DNA of 64,000 nt from assembly GCA_030141605.1 (NCBI GenBank), contig JAQGDQ010000378.1, forward strand, positions 162,652 through 226,651. The letters run 5' to 3'. The DNA is from Tubiluchus corallicola (Eukaryota > Animalia > Priapulida). Position numbers and translations under genes: made by a program. This document shows, piece after piece, positions 27,101-39,100 of this stretch. The notes beneath the pieces are model-generated. The model was not told the DNA's origin, did no database searches, and saw only the letters and a list, made by a program, of their open reading frames with translations. Within the stretch, counting starts at the first letter, position 1. The number at the start of each line of letters is the position of its first letter.

Positions 27101-30100
27101 TACATTTTTCAACGCATTTTTAAGTCCCTGATTTTTCCACCATATTATCATTTGAATACGAAGTATTACAAACTCGATAGTAATAATCAAATAATGGAGA
27201 CTTAAGGAACACAAAATTTAGACAAGACAAACAACCAACAAAACAACCAACACCATCACAAACGAAACCAGTAGCAAATCAGCACACAGCTGTAAGACTC
27301 CCTTATATGACCAACATCGACTACACTAGGCTTAACGAGTCCGACCAATTCTACAACGTATGAAACACGTAGGTCTGCAAACCTTCACCGACATTGCAAG
27401 TGACAAGCACTCCTTGCCAGGAGACAATAAGGACACTTTGTCTCTGCACCGCACAGCTGCAACAGGAGCACATATCCATACCTGCTCTGGAATCTGTGCT
27501 ACAACTGGTGTCTCCAGCTTTTCAACATTGTCCATGCTTGATGTTATTGCAACACCACGAGAAGCGTAGTAGGCAACCGTTTTCAAATCAGCGACCAAGA
27601 ATATGACCTCATTGTCGTTTGACTTAATGATGTTAACAATGTCACCATGCGACTTGTCTTCAACATTTTGCCAGTTGACTTCAATCACACGGTCTCCGGA
27701 TTGTAAGCCACCGGATTCGGCTGGACTGCCCGACTCCACATTACGTATAAGTTCGTACAGCTTATCCTTGTCATAATGAAGGTTGAAACCATAACCCTCA
27801 TAGTCTGGAACTTTACGAATCGTACACAGACGAGCAGATGGAGCAGGACCCTTAATACGGAAATGTTAAAAGTTTAAAACCAATATTACTTTACTCAATT
27901 TACAAAATTCAATGCAGAAACGAAACCAATGAAATTATAAGGAAAAGTGGAGAAAAAGCAAAATACGAAAAAGTCGTGTACAGTCGTTAATGTTCATACA
28001 CACTGCCTAATTGCTACATATTGCAGAATGAAGGCATACCTCCTGTTCCACAAGAGGTGTTTCCAGCTTCTCAATATTCTCCATACTAGAAGTTATCGCT
28101 ACACCTCGAGAGGCATAGTAAGCAACTGTTTTCAGATCAGCAACCAAGAATACAACATGATCGCTGTTAGACTTAATGATGCCAACAATATCGTTGTGCG
28201 ATTTGTCTTCAACATTTTGCCAATTGACTTCAATCACACGATCACCAGTTTGTAGACCACCGGATTCGGCCGGACTGCCCGATTCTACATTACGTATAAG
28301 CTCGTATTTCTTATCCTTGTCATACTGAAGGTTGAAACCGTAACCTTCATAGTTTGGAACTTTACGAATCGTACACAGACGAGCAGATGGAGCAGGACCC
28401 TTAATGTGCAATGTAACAATATTAAAATAAAATTCATCTAGATGAGGTAAACAATTTTTTATATAATCTAAACGGAAAACACAGAAAGTCAAAAGCGATC
28501 CAAAGCATTAGTAAGTTATGTTCATACTAAATAAAGATACGATGAGACGCAAAGAAGAAAGAGGAGCATACCTCCTGTTCCACAAGAGGTGTCTCCAGCT
28601 TCTCAATATTCTCCATACTAGAAGTTATCGCTACACCTCGAGAGGCATAGTAAGCAACTGTTTTCAGATCAGCAACCAAGAACACAACATGATCGCTGTT
28701 AGACTTAATGATGCCAACAATATCGTTGTGCGATTTGTCTTCAACGTTTTGCCAATTGACTTCAATCACACGATCACCAGTTTGTAGACCACCGGATTCG
28801 GCTGGACTGCCCGATTCTACATTACGTATAAGCTCGTATTTCTTATCCTTGTCATATTGAAGGTTGAAACCGTAACCTTCATAGTTTGGAACTTTACGAA
28901 TCGTACACAGACGAGCAGATGGAGCAGGACCCTTAATGTGCAATGTAACAATATTAAAATTGAAATTCATCTAGATGAGACAAAAAATTTTTTTATATAA
29001 TCTAAACGGAAAACACAGAAAAGTCAAAAGCAATCCAAAGCATTAGTAAGTTATGTTCATACTAAATAAAGATACGATGAGATGCAAAGAAGGAAAGGCA
29101 TACCTCCTGTTCCACAAGAGGTGTCTCCAGCTTCTCAATATTCTCCATACTAGAAGTTATTGCTACACCTCGAGAGGCATAGTAAGCAACTGTTTTCAGA
29201 TCAGCAACCAAGAACACAACATGATTGCTGTTAGACTTAATGATGCCAACAATATCGTTGTGCGATTTGTCTTCAACGTTTTGCCAATTGACTTCAATCA
29301 CACGATCACCAGTTTGTAGACCACCGGATTCGGCTGGACTGCCCGATTCTACATTACGTATAAGCTCGTATTTCTTATCCTTGTCATACTGAAGGTTGAA
29401 ACCGTAACCTTCATAGTTTGGAACTTTACGAATCGTACACAGACGAGCAGATGGAGCAGGACCCTTGAAAATTCAATATTGCGAAGCAACACAAATAGAA
29501 CAAAAGTAGTATACATGTGTATGCAGAATACAGAAATAGAAGGTATTAACCTGGTACAGCATATATGTGTACATAAATGATTACCATATAAATAGAACTG
29601 GCATTTATAATATACCTCAGTTCATTGCCACTCAGTGAAGACCTATGTGATCTATAATTAAAATTGCTCAGTTTAGTAAAAAGTGCTGTACATACAGCAT
29701 GCAAAGACAAGAACAACAGCTAACATCGCTGCAAAAAAGCAACATAGCAAACACCAACTGCACACATGTAAAGAGCTGCTACACTTTTGATACACGTTGA
29801 ATGCACAATTACATAGACAAAATGGCACCTAGCACCACATACTTCTATGGGTTTTGTTGTCGGTGTTTCTAAACGGATGACATCTTTCATCTGTGAGTTA
29901 ACAGAAATGGATTTTGACTTATAATATCTGGATGCCTTATCGTCGACGACTAAAAATAGTACCCGGCTGGGATGCTTGTTAATGGCTTCGATGACACTGT
30001 CGTGAGACCATCCGCTGATATTTTTGCCATTGATTTCCACAACAACGTCATCTACTTGCAGTCCCCCAGCATCAGCCGGCCCACCGGCTGCCACAGTATG

Positions 30101-33100
30101 CACATATTCCTGCTTCTCCAACTTGTTAAATCGCAGAGCAAAACCGTAGCCCTTATAATCTGGCCATCTATGTATAACGCACTCCCGGGGTGGCTTCACT
30201 CCTGTATATACCTTCAAAGTCGTGAAACGAGAGCTTGTTTAGTTTACTTATAAGAACTACTCAATACAATATTAAACCAGTGGAAACTGTGAATGTATAA
30301 GCTTTTTTGTTCTTACCTGATTCAGAATGTAGTTAATGAAATGGACTGTACAGCTAACACCAACCTAAGCTTCTAGTAAATGCAAAATTATCCATTATAA
30401 TGGTCATCTAGTTAGCGAAAACCGGTTGCGAAGATAGAAAAATTTCAAAATTTGGCTAGGGAGTTTGGACACAACTGATGCTAATTTTGCAGTTTTCTGA
30501 ATGTGTAAATTTTACATTAACCTAAAAAAATGAAAAAGTTGCAAGAGCACTAATGAAACCAGAAGTTTTTGTCCAATTTCAATCTTAACAGAAATTGACC
30601 AAGTACATTAAGAGACGTGTTCACCTAGCGATGAATGTTTAAAGGCAAATGTAACCAATGGGGTTAATAAAATACCTGAACTTTTCCGGGTTGATTCTCT
30701 GGTGTTTCTAGTCTTCTAACGTTTGGTAACTCACTACTGACATTAATCTTCCGGGCACTGTAATAAGATACAGCTTCTTTACCAAGCACCAGAAGTGTCA
30801 CATGGTCTTCAATAGACTTCACAAGTTCTATTACATCTGCATGCTCGGCTCCCACAATGTTCTTTCCATTCACCTCAACGACTTGATCATTTTCCAACAG
30901 ACCGGCTAGGTCGGCTGGACTGTCAGGTGTCACCTTGTTGACCATTTCAAATTTTTTATCCTTTATGTACCGCAGTGTGAAGCCATAACCACTAAAGTCT
31001 GGCCATTTACGAACCAAACATTCTCGAATCCATGGTGCACTGGTCGGAATAACCTTTAATTTTTATTTGTAACAATTATTTTAAAACAAATGGCAATTTT
31101 AGCAGTAAACGTAGAGGTAACAGTACATGTACACACCAACCACTTAACAGATGCAAATGTACTACTAATAAAAACATTAAAAACGTCTAGCTCTAGCATA
31201 TGCAAACATTGGCCATTAACACTGCCATACTTATGAACTGCTTTCAAAATTGACAGCTAAAATGAGAAAAATTTTGAGACCGCAACACGTTCATATATAG
31301 ATGAACTTCAAGACCCGTGACAGACAACAGAGTGTAACTGTAATTCAAGTAGCTGCCTGACAAATACCATATTTATGTACACAATAAAAGCAAGCATTAA
31401 ACTCATGCAAGGCAAATGATTTGATGAACACTGGATGCAAAGGACTGTGCAGCAACTGCAACAGCAACCTGGTTGCTAATAGACAAAAAGCTAGTGTTCC
31501 AACAGGACAGAAAGTAGTGTAGCAGCTATCAGAAAGTCACAAACATGTAACAAAACGTAATACTCATCATACGGTATCTGGTTGCTCTTCTGGAGTCTCT
31601 AGTCTTGTCACCTTCAATCGCGCCGTAATCGGCATGTTACGAGACTGAAAGAATTTAAATGCTTCCGAATCGACAACAAGGAATGTCACCCGATTAGGGT
31701 TACTTTTAATATTGTCGACGACTTCCTCGTGTGACAGCCCCTCAACATTGGTTTCGTTAACTTCGACGACACGATCGCCAGCAAGAAGACCGCCCGCATC
31801 AGCAGGACCATCAGCTTCCACGTTCCCAATATATTCCTGATTTTGGTCTTTCTTGTATTGCAGCGTGAATCCGTACCCACTGTACTTTGGCCACTTTCGT
31901 ATGGTGCAGTGTCGTATAGGTGGCGTGTCCTCTTCGCTGGCTTCCGGCTCTTTTTCAATCTCATTGACTACTGCCTTTAATGTGAATTAACTGTTTGTAA
32001 TACATTTATAACAGGCAAGCAGCAACGCGGTGCAGCTATCTTATTTTCTGAGCTGACTAAAATAAGCCAAATTTAAACAGCCCAAATTAAGTAATAACAC
32101 AGCTATAACCATTTGGCTAATACATCTGTAATTATGATCCCCAAGTAGATGTAACAAAAATGGCAATGCGTTTGAACCTAGACAGGATAGGATCACTACT
32201 CATGACTGAAGATTTGACACTGTTCAGTAAGCTATTGTTTTAACAAAGAAATGCAAGTAAAAAAATGTAGCCAGTGATAATTCCAGCCACTGAGATTCAT
32301 AGTAGGAAACACCATCAAATTTAATGACGTCTTTTAGCAAGGGATATCCAAAATATGAATGGTTTATTTCCCTTTGATTATAAAAATAACAAATAGTGAA
32401 CCAAGTTCAATTTAAGTTGTAATTCTCATAACAACCTGTCTAAAGGTGTTCAACGAATGTGCTGTTTACAATTAGCTTTATTCATTGGCTATGAATGGCG
32501 ATTAATGTTAATAATATACCTACCACATCTTTCCGAATTTAACCTTATTGCTACAACTATATTCACTTTAGCCATTCATAGTGTCAAATATAGCAGTTCG
32601 TTTGCTACTTTTGGCAAGTAGCACCTATCTATGTGGTGCTAATGCCCATAAAGCACCTATCTATGTGGTGCTAATGCCCATAAAGCAATTCTGAGTGGCT
32701 TGTGAAATGAAGAGACTATAAGCTAGGAATTGAACATAACATGATAAGCATTCTGTTGTAATTGAAAACATAAAAAATTGTATTTATACATACCTGCAGA
32801 AACATCACTTCCTACATGTTATTAAAAAAAACTTAGTGTAACAAAATAATGTAACCAAGACGTCCAACAATTTGTAATCTCTCCCTCCCCCCTCCCGTAA
32901 TGTAGAGCTAATAAGAAAAGCAAGAACAACTGCCAAACTTGAGTGAGTTTGTAGTTTCAATTTGGCTAGAAGGAAATATACCTGCAGAATAAAATGTCAG
33001 GCAAATAATATTGTGAAACAATTCATTCACACAGTTCGAAAATGGCAACTGCACACATGTAGCATCATCGGGCTGTTAAGGAAGTGTGTAAATTACTAAA

Positions 33101-36100
33101 TAGTATTTATTACAGAACTGCTTTAAGTTAGTTTGATCTGTGTAAGCTAGCTAATTTGGCAAACTTTGCTGATTTTTTCTGCCATTAAATGACAGAAGCA
33201 GTTAGAAAATTCAGGCATGAAGCTAAAGTGACTCAAGATTGGAAAATTTGATAATCCTAAACTGAGATTTAAATTATAAAAAATACAGGCAACAAAAGTA
33301 TGAAAAAACATATCCTCACCTGGACAACAATTCCGTCTGCATCACCATTTTCACGCGGGCGTGGCACGGGCGTGGCAATATACTCGATGTTGTCAAGTGC
33401 GCTAGAGATGGGAATGCCACGAGCCCTGTACTGCTCGTAAACGTCACTGCTGACAACCAACATTTTAGTTTCACTTGGATTCGATTTAATCTTGTTGACC
33501 ACATCCATGTGAGGAAGACCCTCCACGTTGTCACCATTGACCTCGATGACTCGGTCGCCCTTCCGCAACCCACCCATGTCAGCCGGACTGTCGTGGTCAA
33601 CATCACCGATGAACTCCTGACTACTACTCTTATCATACTGGAGATTGAAACCATATCCCTCGAAATCCAGCCATTTCCTTATGTGACAGAGTCTTGGGGC
33701 TGGCAGCGTGGAAACGGCAAGATCCGCAATGGCAGCTGTTACCGCCTCCACCTAAATAAATAAGAGACAAGCCACCCTAAATACCTAAATTTCTGTGTAC
33801 AATTAGTTTCTAGAATATCCACAAGATTTTTACCACCCCTTCAAATGTGTTGCATTTGTCCCATATAAGCTCACCCCAATTTCCAAGTAAGAAGCTGATT
33901 TTCTGTATTTAATGTTCAAGGTTAGTCCCTAAACTTCACTTGAAGAATGAAATGTCTCATGACAATGTTAACAGCAACATAATAAGCTTGTTGGTGAAAT
34001 TACTGCAAACATTGGCAGATCACAATTGTACGTGCTGTAAATACGACAATTCAACTAATAAGACACCAAAGCCGAAACTGTGCAAAAGAATAATTACGTA
34101 AGTATTTGAACGGAAATTTCAGAAACATTAGCTAAGCAAACTAACACATAAACTATAGGAATTGAACAAGATTGTCCCAGAGTTGTAGCAAAATGGTAAG
34201 TGGTATAGTGAAGACATCTAAGAGAAGAGCAGCGAGGTCATGAAGAATGTCACTTCAAAGTGGCACAGAAACACAACGTTGACAATGTACCCTTACTTTC
34301 GTAGGTTCACTTTCCTCGCTCTGCAGCGATTCGGGAGCTGAGGGCGCATCACCACCCTCAACGTGGACTTCACCAGTTTCAGCAGAAAAGGACCCATTTA
34401 CCTGGCCGGGCCGTGGTCGGGGTACGGGCGTCTTGATATACTTGATCACCCTCATCGAGCCGTCAATGGGTATCCCGCGTGAATGGTAGAAACTATCTGT
34501 ATCTCTGTCGACGACGAGCAGCTTGGTCTCATGAGGAATTGCTCGAATCTTGTCTACAACCTGTTGAACAAAGAGACAATGTTTAGTGCAGCAAACAACC
34601 ATGAACATCCACACAAAGACTTATTACGACTGAGAGGGAGCGTTATAACAGCTGCACTCCATTGCTGCAATTGGTTGAGCAAAAATCTTTGCACAAAAGC
34701 ATCTCAGTAAAAAACTCTAAACATTTAGCAAACAGCAAATTTCAAACTAAATGTGCCGTAAGCAAAGATCTACTTCAAATGAAAATAAAGATAAAAACTA
34801 AAGATTAAAAAAAAAGATATACTAAAGATGGCAACTACTGTCGCAGATTTCAGCCGCTGAGGCACAGGGGTATGACTGACAGAAATATTTGGTTAATTGC
34901 TATCTTTAGTATACTAGTAGCATAGTAACTCCTTTCTTTTTCTATTTCAATTCCAATTTATTTAATGCATGAACAAACGAAGCTCTTCATAAGCACCTTA
35001 ATAAAGTACAGTCACATCTCTTTACACCACAGCTTTGGACATTAAGTGAGTCTGACATTACAAAGAGGTGCATTAATACATACATGTCTATGCAAATATA
35101 GGCCAAAAATGTGGGCGTTAAGCAAGGTCGGCATTAGAAAGGCGGGGCAATATAACTGTACATAGCATTCAGTTAGTTTGATAAATTTACTGTTTCATAG
35201 TTTCATCAGGAACTATGACTAAGCATTTGCATGTAAACAAGACATAAGAGAAATCAAAAAGTCATTCTTACAAATGGTGTGTAGAAATGAGAGCATCTTA
35301 GGTTAACATTTTAAAAAGCTTACACAAGGCTGTACTTTGTAGACTACAGTCAATCAGTACGCAACCAGTAAAGTACCAAAACACATAAATGACTGACATT
35401 TTCAAGTTTTGCCGCATCAGATAGCAAGGGTGTACATCAAGTAGCTATCACACCAACACAAATGTCAAATCAAATATAAATATTTACAAGGTAAACAATA
35501 AACTGCTTCTTGTTTACAAAGTGAAATTTTATTTGTCTGCAGGCAAATTTGATTTCATTATGGCACTTCACAATCCATCATTTTCCGCTATTTACGTTTC
35601 AGTTTTCCGCTTCCACTATTCTTCCTGTTAGGTGAAGTAATTACGTCGCCATCGAGTTCACAGCTGGAATAACAGGGATTAAGGAGACGATTAGGGATTT
35701 AATGTAATTAGTAATCTGTTTAAACAACTGACAGTCATATGTGGCCGAGCAGGAAACAGACCACCACACTGGCAGCCCTCTCAACTGTGTCTGCACACAT
35801 ATTCTAGGAGGACAACCAGGAACTTGTTACGCATGTTGTGTGCAATGGGGCAAATGCAGGCAATAGATCCACATTACAAATGCAGACCAACATTAAAGGA
35901 CATTCAGTTCTAGCATTCACTGAAATTTTTTTTATCGTATCCTTGCATTAATTAAATTCATCCTTCATCATTCTTTGAGCACTGGGACACTTTAAACTTT
36001 TAACTCTGCCACAACATTTGACGTAAAATTCAAGGTAATATGATGAATGTCTGCCACAATATTTGATATAAAATTCAAGGTAATATGACGAATGTATCAC

Positions 36101-39100
36101 TTGCGTATTTTGTTTGATAACTCAGTATTGGCCAACAAATGCATTTTGACAGATAAACGTAACGCATGAACACCCTTTTGCTAAACAGATTACTCATGAG
36201 TTTATTCATCGGCTGTTTGAAGTATCTTGCGTACTAGACAGTAGGTTCTATGATTAAGACCTGTTTTACACTTGTCTCACATAAGCCTCAGTGTTGCATT
36301 CAACAACAAGGATCTACATCAGATAAGCACTTAAATGTAGGGAATTATAGAGAGCTTCAACAACTGCGTAATGTGTAAGATAAAGACCCAGTAAAAAATA
36401 GAATGAAAGACTGCAACGTTTTAGATGTTTCCGAAGATTTTCTCAACATATGAGTTTTTTGTATGATGTCGGACATCAGGCAGGGGTAAGGCGAGCCTTA
36501 GAAAGCTACTTAATAATCCTAACTGTATTATTAAAATTTTGACACTAATAACTGTTTACCTTTTGTATAAAGAAGCAGATTGCTACACACTTCAGGCATT
36601 ATAACTTAGTGCTACATTTGCAAATTAATATAATTCAGAATCCATGCAGCTTAAATTCATCAAACATAAGCTGTTGACGTTCATAAATAATAATAATTTA
36701 TCGCATGTGTAAAACGCATTAACATTAAAATAGACAAATACATTTTACATACACGAATCATACCATAACATACATACATAAACACATAAACAGAACATAA
36801 ATACTAGATTATTTTAAACTTCAAACTTACTTCACCCAGCAAACTACAAATTACAAATAGAAATTTACAACATAGCTGAAGAAAAACAACACAAAAAATT
36901 AATATATTTACACTACAAATAGTAAAGCTGTGTGGCTCAGGAGACCTAAAAATGGCAAAACAGCCGCATAAATAAAAGGTGATTAATTAAAATAAATTAA
37001 AAGATTTAACAAAGCTAAAATCGTATACATGTATATAAAATCGCTAGAAATCAGCCCCCAAAACCAGTACTTTCAGTCCCTAATAAATTTTTAATTAATT
37101 AAAAAGGCAATTAAAGTTCTAAGAAATGATTTGTAGTTGTCAACATTGGTCATTCTATGTGCATAAAATGGTAAATTGTTCCATAATTTTGGTGCTGCTA
37201 CACAAAAAAAAACTATGAAATCCATACATGACTAGATTACAACACGGGTCGGTACAACAAGAGTCAATGAGCTAATTGATCCAAGATTATTACCTGAGCA
37301 TGAGGTAAATTCTCTACACACTCTCCATTTACTTCCACTATCCGGTCTCCATTTACCAGACCGGCCATGTCAGCTGGACTGTCCGACTCCACAGATCCGA
37401 TAAACTCCGCCTGCTTCTCCTTTTCGTATTGCAGGTTGAAGCCGTAGCCATCGAAGTCGGCCCACTTGACGAGGTGGCATAGTCGCACAATGGGGGCATC
37501 GTCCGGGAGCTCCTATAATTCCAATATGCAGTAATGTTTTATGCAAAGAAACAAATGTAACAACCTTGGCAAATACGTACTGTATGCCATTACCGCATAG
37601 CTCGAGATTAGTTTATTTTTCTCTCATTATGAGTGCAAGGTAATCAGTACTAAACAAGACTGTTTGCAAGGTTAGTGCCCCTAGGAAAGTTACACAGTTA
37701 CTGGCCCAGACTTAAGAATGCTGGAAAACTACTGACATAGTCCGTTCACTGCTGCATTAAATGCATTATGTGGAAACTTCCATTTAACTTCTATTGCCAG
37801 ATATTTCCATTTTTAAAATCAATCAAAAACAGAAAATCACACTTTTTAATGTAGATAAATTGAAAAAAATTGGAAATTTGTAGGAAAATAAAAAGGAAAG
37901 AGTTTACAATTCCCCACACAATTTAAATACCCTAGTCCTAATTCTAACCCTAACGCAAAGTCTAACTATAATTTCGTTTCACGAACTAATTTCCTGTGTG
38001 TGTGGACAATTGTAAACTTTAGCCAAAAATTTTACAAAATAACAACTACAAGAACTTTAGGTCTTTCATATTATTAATACTTTCACATCAGCTTAGAAGT
38101 GAGTGCCAGAGAAAAATTTTTAAATTTATAACAACATAAAAAAGCTATGGATAATATATCAATCAAAAACTACACTGCCTAAACCATTATAAATGCTGTA
38201 AAAGCCATAGCAGGTAAAAAAGATACCATCAATCTTACTATATCGCTAATCTTGGCCATACAGTTAACAATGAAAAATAAAAGTTTTTCAATATCAGGGT
38301 CTAAGATTAGTGAACTGTCCTTCTTTTGCTCTAGTGGTTCATAAAACGCTTCGTGGGCAGAAAAACAAACTTGAAAAAAGACTACTTGAGCCGAGTATAT
38401 CAGTGAAGTTACAAACATTTCAGGAATTTGTAATGATAAAGCTAGCAACCATTGTATGCACAAGGACATACTTCAGAGCCATAAACCTACCTAGATGTTC
38501 TGACTTTTTTTATAACGGTTGTTTGCACAGCTACAGTAGCACGATGCCTTATCAGCTTTTATCCTGGACTGTGGGACAAAATAAATAATCAATTTTTGTG
38601 CAATCAGACATACTGACAGTAGGTCAACTGCATTAATGTTGGCATAATAATCATTGTGGGGCACATGTGTAATGAACTACACTAGGCACAGGTGTGCTTG
38701 CAGTTATTAGCCAGATTTTTGAGTTATCATAGCTCACTTAATGTATGATATAATGAAAAAAGTGAATTAATAAGAAATTTGTTTGCAGTCCATATTATTT
38801 TCCATATTTTCGTTATCTTTATGTAGTGGTCTCAGTTACTGTACCCGACAGTATAACCCAACGCCCAAATATAATCATGCAAAGCAGCTTCGTTGCTGCT
38901 CTTTGTTTTTTTGCTTGTTAAACAAGGCCTAAATTCAGATTACATTTTCTATATACAGCTTTAATTTAAATTTGGTAATTATTTTTTGCACATAAGTCTT
39001 AAATTTGCTATTATTAAAACTAACATACAAAGCAGAGTTTAAAAAAATTTGGACCGAGCAATCACGTAACATAGAATCATTAGAAACGAGCAAAACTGCA

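Larger units (their letters stand above)
28032..29466. repeat. 532-bp tandem repeat (exon plus intron), about 2.7 copies
   Basis: Donor positions 28040, 28572 and 29104 are exactly 532 bp apart; exons and the two intervening 172-bp introns are nearly identical. Confidence 0.95.

Noticed and set aside
19834-33751. Cluster of independent single-PDZ genes
   Set aside because: The ORFs lack consistent ATG starts; homology begins and ends at AG/GT sites in phase 0, as expected for exons of one gene.
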